The notes beneath the pieces are model-generated. The model was not told the DNA's origin. It searched no databases and saw only the letters and a list, made by a program, of their open reading frames with translations. Shown here one piece after another: positions 17,828 through 24,936 of a stretch of 52,225 nt of DNA. The first letter of the stretch is position 1. Each line of letters opens with the position of its first letter. Made by a program: the position numbers and the translations under genes. The stretch is from a virus (Duplodnaviria; Caudoviricetes). The stretch is taken from positions 1 through 52,225 of IMG/VR virus record IMGVR_UViG_3300017912_000774; one strand, given 5' to 3'.

Positions 17828-18497
17828 CTGAATATAAGTTATTAAAAGTTATTGTAGGGTCTAAGTAAGATTCATGTGACTCTGCAGAGTGTGTCCACTG
17901 TGAAGGACTAAAATCAGGTGCTCCTTCTCCTGTTCTCCATAGTGCAGGACTTGTTGCTCTTACTCTATTATTAGGTAATGCTACAATGTTACCTGTCCAC
18001 TTACCTGCATCAGTTAAATATAAAACATGAGACTGCTTATGTTGTGCTGGGTCATCTGCAATATCATTGTCTGTATAATCAACTGTAAACAAATACTTAC
18101 CTTGATGAAACTGATTATCAATTTTGCATAACCATGGTGAGGAACTAACCCTATCCATAACTACAACGCTATGAGTCCTAGATTCGCAATCCCATGGTTG
18201 ACATAAATGGTCTTCCATCGGTTCTGCCCATTCGTCTACAGGTATATCTGCAACTAAGGCTTGTATCGGCATTCTTGCCCACATTGCTCCTCCATGAACA
18301 TTCTCATCAGGACCATCTTCTCGGTCTACTTCGCAACCAGTAAAAACAACTTGGAAGCTTAGCGACCTATCGGGAATAGTGTTTACTGCTATGACCATCG
18401 CATGAAGAAACTCTCCATGATACCTTTGATGATTACACGTAAACTCCCTACGCACCCAACATTTAAAATGAGGTACGTTGCTTATGAGGTAGGGCAT
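17790..18497 (-). CDS. Conserved phage hypothetical protein
   Basis: 235 aa, HGGAMWARMPI, QPWDCES, QHKQSHVL and LPNNRVR motifs. Coupled to neighbours. Confidence 0.8.
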   Translation of the reverse strand: MPYLISNVPHFKCWVRREFTCNHQRYHGEFLHAMVIAVNTIPDRSLSFQVVFTGCEVDREDGPDENVHGGAMWARMPIQALVADIPVDEWAEPMEDHLCQPWDCESRTHSVVVMDRVSSSPWLCKIDNQFHQGKYLFTVDYTDNDIADDPAQHKQSHVLYLTDAGKWTGNIVALPNNRVRATSPALWRTGEGAPDFSPSQWTHSAESHESYLDPTITFNNLYSDGSKIRNNKKKN

Positions 18498-18700
18498 TAT
18501 CTACGTCTAATTGCTCCGCCCCTCGCATATCCCTTAGTCATTTTGGCTCCACCTCTAGCCATGCCCTTAGTCTTCATTTTGGAACCACCACGAGCCATGC
18601 CCTTGGTCATTTTCATTCCGCCACTTTGCATTTTTTTAATTTTTTTCTTCTTCTTGCCACCAGTGGCAGCACCTTTAGTTTTCATAGCGTGTCTTGGCAT
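18497..18700 (-). CDS. Protamine-like basic repeat microprotein (KGMARGG repeats)
   Basis: 67 aa, five xxxGG units (AATGG, MQSGG, MARGG, MARGG, YARGG). AAGGAG RBS. Confidence 0.8.
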   Translation of the reverse strand: MPRHAMKTKGAATGGKKKKKIKKMQSGGMKMTKGMARGGSKMKTKGMARGGAKMTKGYARGGAIRRR

Positions 18701-18710
18701 TAGTTTCTCC

Positions 18711-19130
18711 TTATATTGCTATTTTCTTTTTCTTTTGCTTTCCAAGCAAATCCATATTTTCATATGGGGTCTTCTTATCGATATTATCAGGGTGTTGTTC
18801 CTGTATACCGAGTCCGAGTCCTAGAAAGGTATCTTTCTTTTTCTTTCTATACTCTTTTAAATCTTTCTTCCGTCTATCCTTAGGTTTCATTACTTCTTTA
18901 ATTGGCATAGCAGATTGCTCTTTTGTTGGTTTAATAACTCTACCTGATTGCCCTGATATTTTTCTTTGCTCTCTTTTAATCTCTTCAAATTGTGGAAGTC
19001 CTGTGCCAAACTCATCCATTCTCTTGCCACCAGGGAAATACTTACCTCCATCAGGTAATTCAATCATGCCTGCCCCTTTTTTTAATCTAGGCACATTAGT
19101 CGGTAATTCCATGATATGCTTTTTCTTCAT
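18711..19130 (-). CDS. Basic hypothetical protein
   Basis: 139 aa, Lys-rich. Shares IMELPTNVPRLxKGA with the upstream gene. Confidence 0.7.
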   Translation of the reverse strand: MKKKHIMELPTNVPRLKKGAGMIELPDGGKYFPGGKRMDEFGTGLPQFEEIKREQRKISGQSGRVIKPTKEQSAMPIKEVMKPKDRRKKDLKEYRKKKKDTFLGLGLGIQEQHPDNIDKKTPYENMDLLGKQKKKKIAI

Positions 19131-19594
19131 TTATTTTTAATCTTCTTAATACCTATCGCTAAACCACTCATGGCTTTCTTAGCTTTCTGTTCTTTCATAC
19201 TTTTTTCAATAGCATTTTGTCTAGCTGTTTCATAACCAGACATCTTTCCATCTTTATTTAAGTCTCCAAGTAAAGCACCTTTCATTAATCTTGGCACATT
19301 AGTTGGCAATTCCATAATAGATTTTTTAGGAAGCTTGGCGGCTCCTTTTTTGTTTTTAGGGACTCCTTGATTTTGAAATCTTTTAATAACTTCATCATCT
19401 GACATTGATTCAGGTAATCCCATTCTCAATCTATATGCAGCGGCTAGATTTTTTTTAGAAGTATCTGGACGCATTTTCATTTTGTCCGTGTCTATTTTAT
19501 CATCTTTACCAATTTTACTTAGAGTGTCTCTTGCCTGTGCTACGGACTTTCTGCCTTCAGCTTTTATTATATCCTCATTTGTAATTCTTTCCAT
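19127..19594 (-). CDS. Basic hypothetical protein with EF-hand-like loop
   Basis: 155 aa, DLNKDGKMSGYE and IMELPTNVPRLMKGA. Confidence 0.7.
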   Translation of the reverse strand: MERITNEDIIKAEGRKSVAQARDTLSKIGKDDKIDTDKMKMRPDTSKKNLAAAYRLRMGLPESMSDDEVIKRFQNQGVPKNKKGAAKLPKKSIMELPTNVPRLMKGALLGDLNKDGKMSGYETARQNAIEKSMKEQKAKKAMSGLAIGIKKIKNK

Positions 19595-20049
19595 TATGCT
19601 GGTACTCCTAATGTAATAATACGAGCTATCAATCTCTCAGCTCTTGCCGTGGTCTGTTTGTACCACCTGGAATCTTCCATCTCATCAGCCGCCTTGACCC
19701 AATCTCTGTCATTTACAGCAGCAATAAACTTTTTAAATTTGCTTAATCTTGGTCGCCCTAATTGGAAACACATATTAGCGATTACTAATTGTGCCTCTTC
19801 AGGTAAATCATTAAAGTCTGGGAATATCTCTTTACAATCCTGTAATGTTCTATTTATATCTACAGCAAACCAAGCATCAACTTGTTCCTGTGATACAGGA
19901 TATCCTATAGGTTTGCCATAGTAATCTTCATCCCATTCTGTAATAAGATGTCCAATACCTCCCGTTAAATGTCCTAACGAGCATCGGTACAATTCATAGA
20001 CGACACCTTCGTCATTTGATATTTCATCTTGTAATGTAGCTAAATTCAT
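19594..20049 (-). CDS. Endolysin, T4-type lysozyme (GH24)
   Basis: DEG...YRCSLGHLTGGIGHL, NMCFQLG..RLSKFKKF and AADEMEDSRWYKQT..RAERL. Confidence 0.9.
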   Translation of the reverse strand: MNLATLQDEISNDEGVVYELYRCSLGHLTGGIGHLITEWDEDYYGKPIGYPVSQEQVDAWFAVDINRTLQDCKEIFPDFNDLPEEAQLVIANMCFQLGRPRLSKFKKFIAAVNDRDWVKAADEMEDSRWYKQTTARAERLIARIITLGVPA

Positions 20050-20442
20050 TCATTTCTTTTTGAACATCTTTGCAGCTTGTCCAACTCCCTTGATTCCAAA
20101 GCTTGCACTAATTGCAATATATAAAAGGTACTGATACCACTCAGGCAAAGTTGCCAATATATCAAATCCTTCTTTAACATAATCTTTCATTCCAGGTATG
20201 AAAACCAAAATCGCTGGTGCTAACAGTACAACTAACGCAAATTCGTCTTTCCAAGAATCCACTGTAGCATCTGCCATCTTACCTTCCCATGCAACCTCGC
20301 CTGCTGCAACTTTCTCTGCAACAGTAGCACGAGCTTTAGCCTCTGCGACTTTAGCTTGTCCTTCTGCTTTTGTCTTCTCGACTTTGTTCTCAAACCAAGT
20401 CCCAGCTAAATTTGCCAGAGGTCCAATTAATGCACTAAGCAC
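20050..20442 (-). CDS. Putative holin
   Basis: 130 aa, SWKDEF + hydrophobic helix, LPEWYQY...ASFGIK. Directly upstream of the lysozyme. Confidence 0.75.
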   Translation of the reverse strand: MLSALIGPLANLAGTWFENKVEKTKAEGQAKVAEAKARATVAEKVAAGEVAWEGKMADATVDSWKDEFALVVLLAPAILVFIPGMKDYVKEGFDILATLPEWYQYLLYIAISASFGIKGVGQAAKMFKKK

Positions 20443-20542
20443 TATATTCTCCCTTGTGACTTATGTAATAGTTTTACATAACGTCTATAACAATTATTAC
20501 CGATACTATTAAATATTTTAAACAATACGAAGTTTAACTCTC

Positions 20543-20812
20543 TTAACACTTCCATCTTCTCCTTGCTTGCCTTAAACGACTATTAGGATTCTTTGCCGCT
20601 TTTGGAAACTTTTTCATCTGACCTGCACTTCTAGCACAAAAAGACTTTCTTCTTTTAGCTGCTTTACTTCCTGGCTTTACTTTACCAGTTACTGCAGTCT
20701 TTAATTTACTACCAGGGTTTTCTCGTCGATATTTTGCAACACCTTTCTTGGTCATACCAGCACCAGCTTTAGTTGGTCGCTTGTGCCCTCCTTTTATGGT
20801 ATATCCTTTCAT
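20543..20812 (-). CDS. Small basic hypothetical protein
   Basis: 89 aa, GMTKKGVAKYRRENPGSKLK...RRKSFCARS.G...SRLRQARRRWKC. Confidence 0.8.
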   Translation of the reverse strand: MKGYTIKGGHKRPTKAGAGMTKKGVAKYRRENPGSKLKTAVTGKVKPGSKAAKRRKSFCARSAGQMKKFPKAAKNPNSRLRQARRRWKC

Positions 20813-21024
20813 TATATGCTCTTATCTGTTCTCTTATCTAAAGGGTCTACGCATTTATACTTCATTGCTACGTAATCAGGCATATGTGTTGGTAAATCTC
20901 TAGCTATCTCATATGCTCTAGCTATGCATTCTTTTTCAGTCTTGTATGGTCCATATAAATCTTGGAGTGCTTGACATATATTTGGATTTGTTGATAAACA
21001 TACTAAGACAAGTGTCTCAAACAT
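20812..21024 (-). CDS. Small protein with hydrophobic N-terminus and four Cys
   Basis: Start reassigned to MFETLVLVCL (AAGGA RBS). GPYKTEKECIARA...YKC pattern resembles the 16976..17158 protein. Confidence 0.7.
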   Translation of the reverse strand: MFETLVLVCLSTNPNICQALQDLYGPYKTEKECIARAYEIARDLPTHMPDYVAMKYKCVDPLDKRTDKSI

Positions 21025-21151
21025 AATAATCCTTAAAAGTAATGGGCGAGACCGACATTGGTGTAATCTCGCCCTAAACTTGAGTAACTGCATCGAACCC
21101 CTCAGGAATAAGTACAGTATCAAGCCTTTCTTCGCTGATAGAGATTACTCT

Positions 21152-21352
21152 CTACACATACTGTGACATACCCTCCGCTACCAATGCCTTTTCTATTTCC
21201 TCAACGCTGAAGTCTCTCCCAGTACGTCCTTTTAAAGCCGCACGTATATAAATAACGTGGTGGCTTGGTATATGCGTTTTAAATCTACCATATTTCTCAT
21301 ATTCATAGCAGACTTGCTCTAATAAAGAACCAAATTGTGGTTGTACAGTCAT
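21152..21352 (-). CDS. Small hypothetical protein, first gene of the leftward transcript
   Basis: Likely start MTVQPQFG just after the leftward promoter. HIPSHHVIYIRAAL..RTG..FS.EEIE.AL..EG motif. Confidence 0.65.
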   Translation of the reverse strand: MTVQPQFGSLLEQVCYEYEKYGRFKTHIPSHHVIYIRAALKGRTGRDFSVEEIEKALVAEGMSQYV

Positions 21353-21361
21353 AATACACAT

Positions 21362-21390
21362 ATTATACCACATAATTAGAAAATTGTACA
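21362..21390 (-). promoter_or_regulatory. Leftward (late-side) sigma70-type promoter
   Basis: Minus strand TGTACA-17 bp-TATAAT with extended -10 TG. Confidence 0.6.
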
Positions 21391-21429
21391 TAAATTCCTG
21401 TCAATATAAATTTATTTTTATTTAGGGGG

Positions 21430-21458
21430 TTGACAAGGTCCCGAAAAATTGGTATAAA
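21430..21458 (+). promoter_or_regulatory. Rightward consensus sigma70 promoter
   Basis: TTGACA-17 bp-TATAAA with extended TG and an AT-rich upstream tract. Confidence 0.75.
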
Positions 21459-21509
21459 ATCCATGTTTTTCTTTTTTTCCCTTTTTTTTCTTTTTCAGGT
21501 TAACATTAT

Positions 21510-21532
21510 AAGCTTCTTCGGAAGCTTTTTTT
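21510..21532 (+). terminator. Intrinsic terminator
   Basis: AAGCTTC-TTCG-GAAGCTT followed by a T run. Confidence 0.7.
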
Positions 21533-21653
21533 GTGTCTTAAGTGACCCCCTTAGAGATTATGGTCGAGATATTTAGAAAAACCACTAATATACCCAAATG
21601 GTACTTTTCAAAAGAGTACAAATCTCCTTTAAAATACCAAAAAGGAGAATATA

Positions 21654-21800
21654 TTGTCAAAAAACTCCCCAAAAAGACGAAACCCGATAGTGATGCACTT
21701 GCTCTCATGCAAAAGTTACGTGAAGATGAACAAGAAAAGAGTAATTCCACGAAAACAAAAAAGAAGAGAGCACGTAGATAGCCCTGGTATAAGGGACTAA
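21654..21800 (+). CDS. Basic microprotein (48 aa, TTG start, not in ORF track)
   Basis: AAAGGAG RBS 6 nt upstream. MSKNSPKRRNPIVMHLLSCKSYVKMNKKRVIPRKQKRREHVDSPGIRD. Followed by a terminator. Confidence 0.6.
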   Translation: MSKNSPKRRNPIVMHLLSCKSYVKMNKKRVIPRKQKRREHVDSPGIRD

Positions 21801-21820
21801 ACCCTTGATTTTATTGCATT

Positions 21821-21843
21821 AGCCCCGATAAGGGGCTTTTTTT
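21821..21843 (+). terminator. Intrinsic terminator
   Basis: AGCCCC-GATAA-GGGGCT followed by a T run. Confidence 0.75.
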
Positions 21844-22136
21844 GTATCTAAAGTAAGTAGCCGCCCTCTGGTATATGAAACTATTTACCCAATCTCGGGT
21901 AATTGCTGTACACGTGTACGTGCAGACCCCCCCTGGGTCATGCGTGTCGCAATATGTCACACAAATTTTATGTAGTAAAATCAACGTATTAACTAAGATA
22001 AAGCCAGTTTTAGCCTTGTACAGCGTCAAAGATTTTTTTTCGGTCAGCCTGAGCTGATTTTTTAAACCTGCTACGTATAAAAAGATTATAGGACTAGGCA
22101 GGCATGATTAATTTGTGCTTAAAAATTAATCTATAA

Positions 22137-22322
22137 CGTCAATTATTTGACAATATCTATGTCAATCCTTTGACAGTAGATTTGTCAGATTATTGACAAT
22201 GCCTGCGGATGATAGATATAGTCTTTAGTCCTTTGATAGTAGTACAAGCATGATAGTAACAGAATAATAACTGATAGTAATGTAGGCGAAAATTTTTGAT
22301 AGTAATTGTCAATGTTTTGACA
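22137..22322. repeat. Four TGTCAA-N4-TTGACA-type palindromes
   Basis: Copies at 22137, 22160 and 22183 (23-bp period) and at 22307. Confidence 0.85.
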
Positions 22323-22329
22323 TGATAGT
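22210..22329 (+). repeat. Six TGATAG(TA) direct repeats
   Basis: Copies at 22210, 22234, 22251, 22272, 22297 and 22323. Confidence 0.8.
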
Positions 22330-22442
22330 TTTTACTAGTTAAGTCATTGTTTTTATTAGATTTAATTTCTCGACGTCGTGAAATTATTTTTATACATATA
22401 ATTTTAAAAAATTGTTTCAGGCTAATTTATTATTATTATTGT

Positions 22443-22471
22443 TTGCATAATATATATAAATTTCGTATATT
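22443..22471 (+). promoter_or_regulatory. Early sigma70-type promoter
   Basis: TTGCAT-17 bp-TATATT, followed by the hairpin GTTTCAG-GTGGT-CTGAAAC and an AAAGGA RBS. Confidence 0.6.
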
Positions 22472-22539
22472 TAATTGAGGGTTTCAGGTGGTCTGAAACT
22501 CCAAATTAACTTAAACATTCTTGAAAGGAATATTTAAAA

Positions 22540-23493
22540 ATGACTATTACATTAAATCAGGATTTCAAAAAATCCGTATCAATTACAGACATTAAAAAAG
22601 TTAATTCTGTTATTATCGACGTTTTAAAGCCTATTTACGAGGGCGAAAAAAGACAAGCTAAGCTAGGTGTAAAGCTAGGAATAGCTGTTGCTGATTGGGT
22701 TGTTTTGGCTATGAGTGGCGAAAATACAGCTAATACTCTTCCTACTCTTGACCAATGCAAAGCCCATTTAAAAGAGCTAATAAAAACTTTTGTTCCTCAG
22801 GTTGAAAATTCAAAAGGCGAATTAATACCTGATGCAAAGGAAATTGCAAAGTTAAATTCTCATGTTCAAGATGCTTGTAAGATGGCTTTGTTAATTGCTG
22901 GGTCTAACACTGGCTTTATTAAGGGTATTAGAAACGAAACAAGAGCCGACATTGTACCATTAAATCAAGCCTTTGATAAAAAGGGCAATTTAAAAAATGG
23001 GCTTGTAGAGGACATTTTTTGGTCGCCTGTTGCTACTTTTCCCAATAGAAATGAGGGAACAGAAAAAGCACCTGTAGTTTCTGAAAATTCAAAAGTTCAT
23101 AGACCTTGTACAATTCAATCTGTTCGTGAGTGTTTCGGTGTTCATTTCGAGGGGAAAAAATTAAACTCTGGTCGTTATGCTTTGGATAAAGAAGAAAGCA
23201 CCAGAGATAAAACCGAGAATGGTTTTATTTTAACTACTCCTGAGGGTGGGCTTAAAGTATCAGGCGTTAAAGATGCTATTCAATTTTTAACTAATAGATT
23301 TGAGGACGGCGACATTGAAATGATGTTAGTTAAAAATGACACTGCTAGTAAAAATTGTTTAAATGCTATTGAACAGTTCATTACTACTTTTCAAAATAAA
23401 AAATCAAACGCTGAGCAAGAAATTAAATCAGCCATTGAAAATGAAAAGGCAGAAATTGAGATGAAAAAATCTAGAATTCAAAAAGCATCTTAA
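22540..23493 (+). CDS. Monocistronic early hypothetical protein
   Basis: 317-aa ORF with its own promoter, RBS and terminator. No recognised motif. Confidence 0.85.
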   Translation: MTITLNQDFKKSVSITDIKKVNSVIIDVLKPIYEGEKRQAKLGVKLGIAVADWVVLAMSGENTANTLPTLDQCKAHLKELIKTFVPQVENSKGELIPDAKEIAKLNSHVQDACKMALLIAGSNTGFIKGIRNETRADIVPLNQAFDKKGNLKNGLVEDIFWSPVATFPNRNEGTEKAPVVSENSKVHRPCTIQSVRECFGVHFEGKKLNSGRYALDKEESTRDKTENGFILTTPEGGLKVSGVKDAIQFLTNRFEDGDIEMMLVKNDTASKNCLNAIEQFITTFQNKKSNAEQEIKSAIENEKAEIEMKKSRIQKAS

Positions 23494-23510
23494 AAAAAAC
23501 TTTTCCAATT

Positions 23511-23547
23511 ATGCCAAGATAATTAATTTTATCTTGGCATTTTTTTT
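23511..23547 (+). terminator. Intrinsic terminator
   Basis: ATGCCAAGATAA-loop-TTATCTTGGCAT followed by TTTTTTT. Confidence 0.85.
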
Positions 23548-23715
23548 GTCTAAAATTTTTGGAAATTTTTTGGCAAAAATTTCTATCATATGACCCTTCG
23601 GGTACTTCTATCATTATGTGTTTAGTGACACTACTATCAGCCGTCGGCAATTCAAAAGGCAGAGGTTTTGATGTTCACATATTTTTTTTCGAAAGGTGGT
23701 CGCCACCATGTCTGT

Positions 23716-23744
23716 TTGCACAACTGCTTTATTCTTGGTAATAT
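23716..23744 (+). promoter_or_regulatory. Early promoter copy 1 (TTGCAC-17-TAATAT)
   Basis: Identical -35/-10 and TG extension recur at 25184 and 25799. Confidence 0.7.
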
Positions 23745-23782
23745 AAAGAATACTTAAAATTAACTTTAATGGAGATTGATTT

Positions 23783-23965
23783 ATGCAAATGCAATTTGTA
23801 GTTCAATATCATTGTAATGAAGCTGATGACTTTGTTACTCTGACTCGTTATCAAAGTCGTGAGTCTGCTAACAGAGGACTTGCGATTTACAAAAAAGTAT
23901 TTAAAAATCTGTTTCGTATCCACATTGAGGAGATTGATGATGACAAAAGAAAAAAACGCTGTTAG
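23783..23965 (+). CDS. Small early hypothetical protein
   Basis: 60 aa, GGAG RBS, after promoter. Confidence 0.65.
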   Translation: MQMQFVVQYHCNEADDFVTLTRYQSRESANRGLAIYKKVFKNLFRIHIEEIDDDKRKKRC

Positions 23966-24137
23966 AACTTTCACCATCAAATACACTGTTGGTCGTGGGA
24001 GAAAAATACATGAGTTCACTACGGACAAACTTATGGAGGCTCAAAAGCAATATGAATCTTTCACATCATTTATGGGAAAGAAAATGTTTGCAATAAAAAT
24101 TGTGTCCTCTAATTTTGATGGAGAAGCAAATGCGTGA
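23937..24137 (+). CDS. Small early hypothetical protein
   Basis: Start reassigned to MMTKEKN after GAGGAG. Confidence 0.65.
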   Translation: MMTKEKNAVRTFTIKYTVGRGRKIHEFTTDKLMEAQKQYESFTSFMGKKMFAIKIVSSNFDGEANA

Positions 24138-24210
24138 ATGGTTTGAAGCATTATTCTTCTCAGTCATTTTTGTTTTAATATTTTATGCAGGGTTTTACCT
24201 TGCATTATAA
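24130..24210 (+). CDS. Single-TM micropeptide (26 aa, not in ORF track)
   Basis: GGAG RBS. MREWFEALFFSVIFVLIFYAGFYLAL fills the gap. Confidence 0.6.
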   Translation: MREWFEALFFSVIFVLIFYAGFYLAL

Positions 24211-24221
24211 CGGAGGTTAAC

Positions 24222-24662
24222 GTGATTATTGAAGCAATATTCTGCTTGGCACTCAACACGTACCACGAGGCAAAGAACCAAAGCCTCGTGGGACAAATCG
24301 CAGTTGCACAAGTTGTAATGAATAGAGTAAAAGATTATCGGTATCCTAACAATGTCTGTGATGTTGTTAAGCAAGGTTTGACTTATAAATCAAATCCTAA
24401 TATACCTATAAGAAATCAATGCCAATTCAGTTGGTATTGTGATGGCAAGAGTGATAAAGCCAGACAAAAGAAAGCATGGGAGGTTGCATTACGAGTGGCG
24501 AATGGTGTTTACTATGGTAACATTGATGATGTCGTTCAAGGCTCAACTCACTACCATGCTCACTATGTCCAGCCTAGTTGGGCAGAAACTAAAACCTATA
24601 TAACAAGAATTGATGACCATATATTTTATAGATGGGATATCAATACAACTAAAAGGAAATAA
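24222..24662 (+). CDS. Cell wall hydrolase (SleB / Hydrolase_2 family)
   Basis: CLALNTYHEAKNQ...AVAQVVMNRV...CQFSWYCDGK...THYHA.YV.P.W...IDDHIFY. Confidence 0.92.
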   Translation: MIIEAIFCLALNTYHEAKNQSLVGQIAVAQVVMNRVKDYRYPNNVCDVVKQGLTYKSNPNIPIRNQCQFSWYCDGKSDKARQKKAWEVALRVANGVYYGNIDDVVQGSTHYHAHYVQPSWAETKTYITRIDDHIFYRWDINTTKRK

Positions 24663-24663
24663 A

Positions 24664-24936
24664 ATGGGTACTTTTGATATTAATAAGTTCGACATTCGTA
24701 AACGTGCTTATGATGGCAAACACGTCATTTGGGCAAAGAAACGCTATGTTCATGGTGATGGCAAATTGCCTGACACTTTCAACGGCATACCTATTGTCGT
24801 TGTTAACTCACATTATGAAGCTGTTGAGTTTTTAGAGAAAGCTCAACGACACGCTAACAACTACAGAGAGGTTGCCAGTAAATATGGTGTGCCTGACGAA
24901 GTTGAATCATTCGTGCTAGGTGATTCATATGTCTAA
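24664..24936 (+). CDS. Small early hypothetical protein
   Basis: Start MGTFDINK after AAAGGA. Confidence 0.65.
   Translation: MGTFDINKFDIRKRAYDGKHVIWAKKRYVHGDGKLPDTFNGIPIVVVNSHYEAVEFLEKAQRHANNYREVASKYGVPDEVESFVLGDSYV

Noticed and set aside
21060-21125. GGTTCGA on the minus strand suggesting a tRNA T-loop
   Set aside because: No cloverleaf, D-arm or acceptor stem could be built.
21542-21781. 79-aa plus-strand ORF from the track
   Set aside because: No RBS at its start. The strong RBS at 21641 fits a TTG start in another frame (21654-21800).
22108-22122. CtrA-like box TTAA-N7-TTAA
   Set aside because: A single match in very AT-rich DNA, expected by chance.
22137-22330. Repeat cluster as a CRISPR array
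   Set aside because: Repeats are 6-16 bp with 7-20 bp gaps and there is no cas operon.
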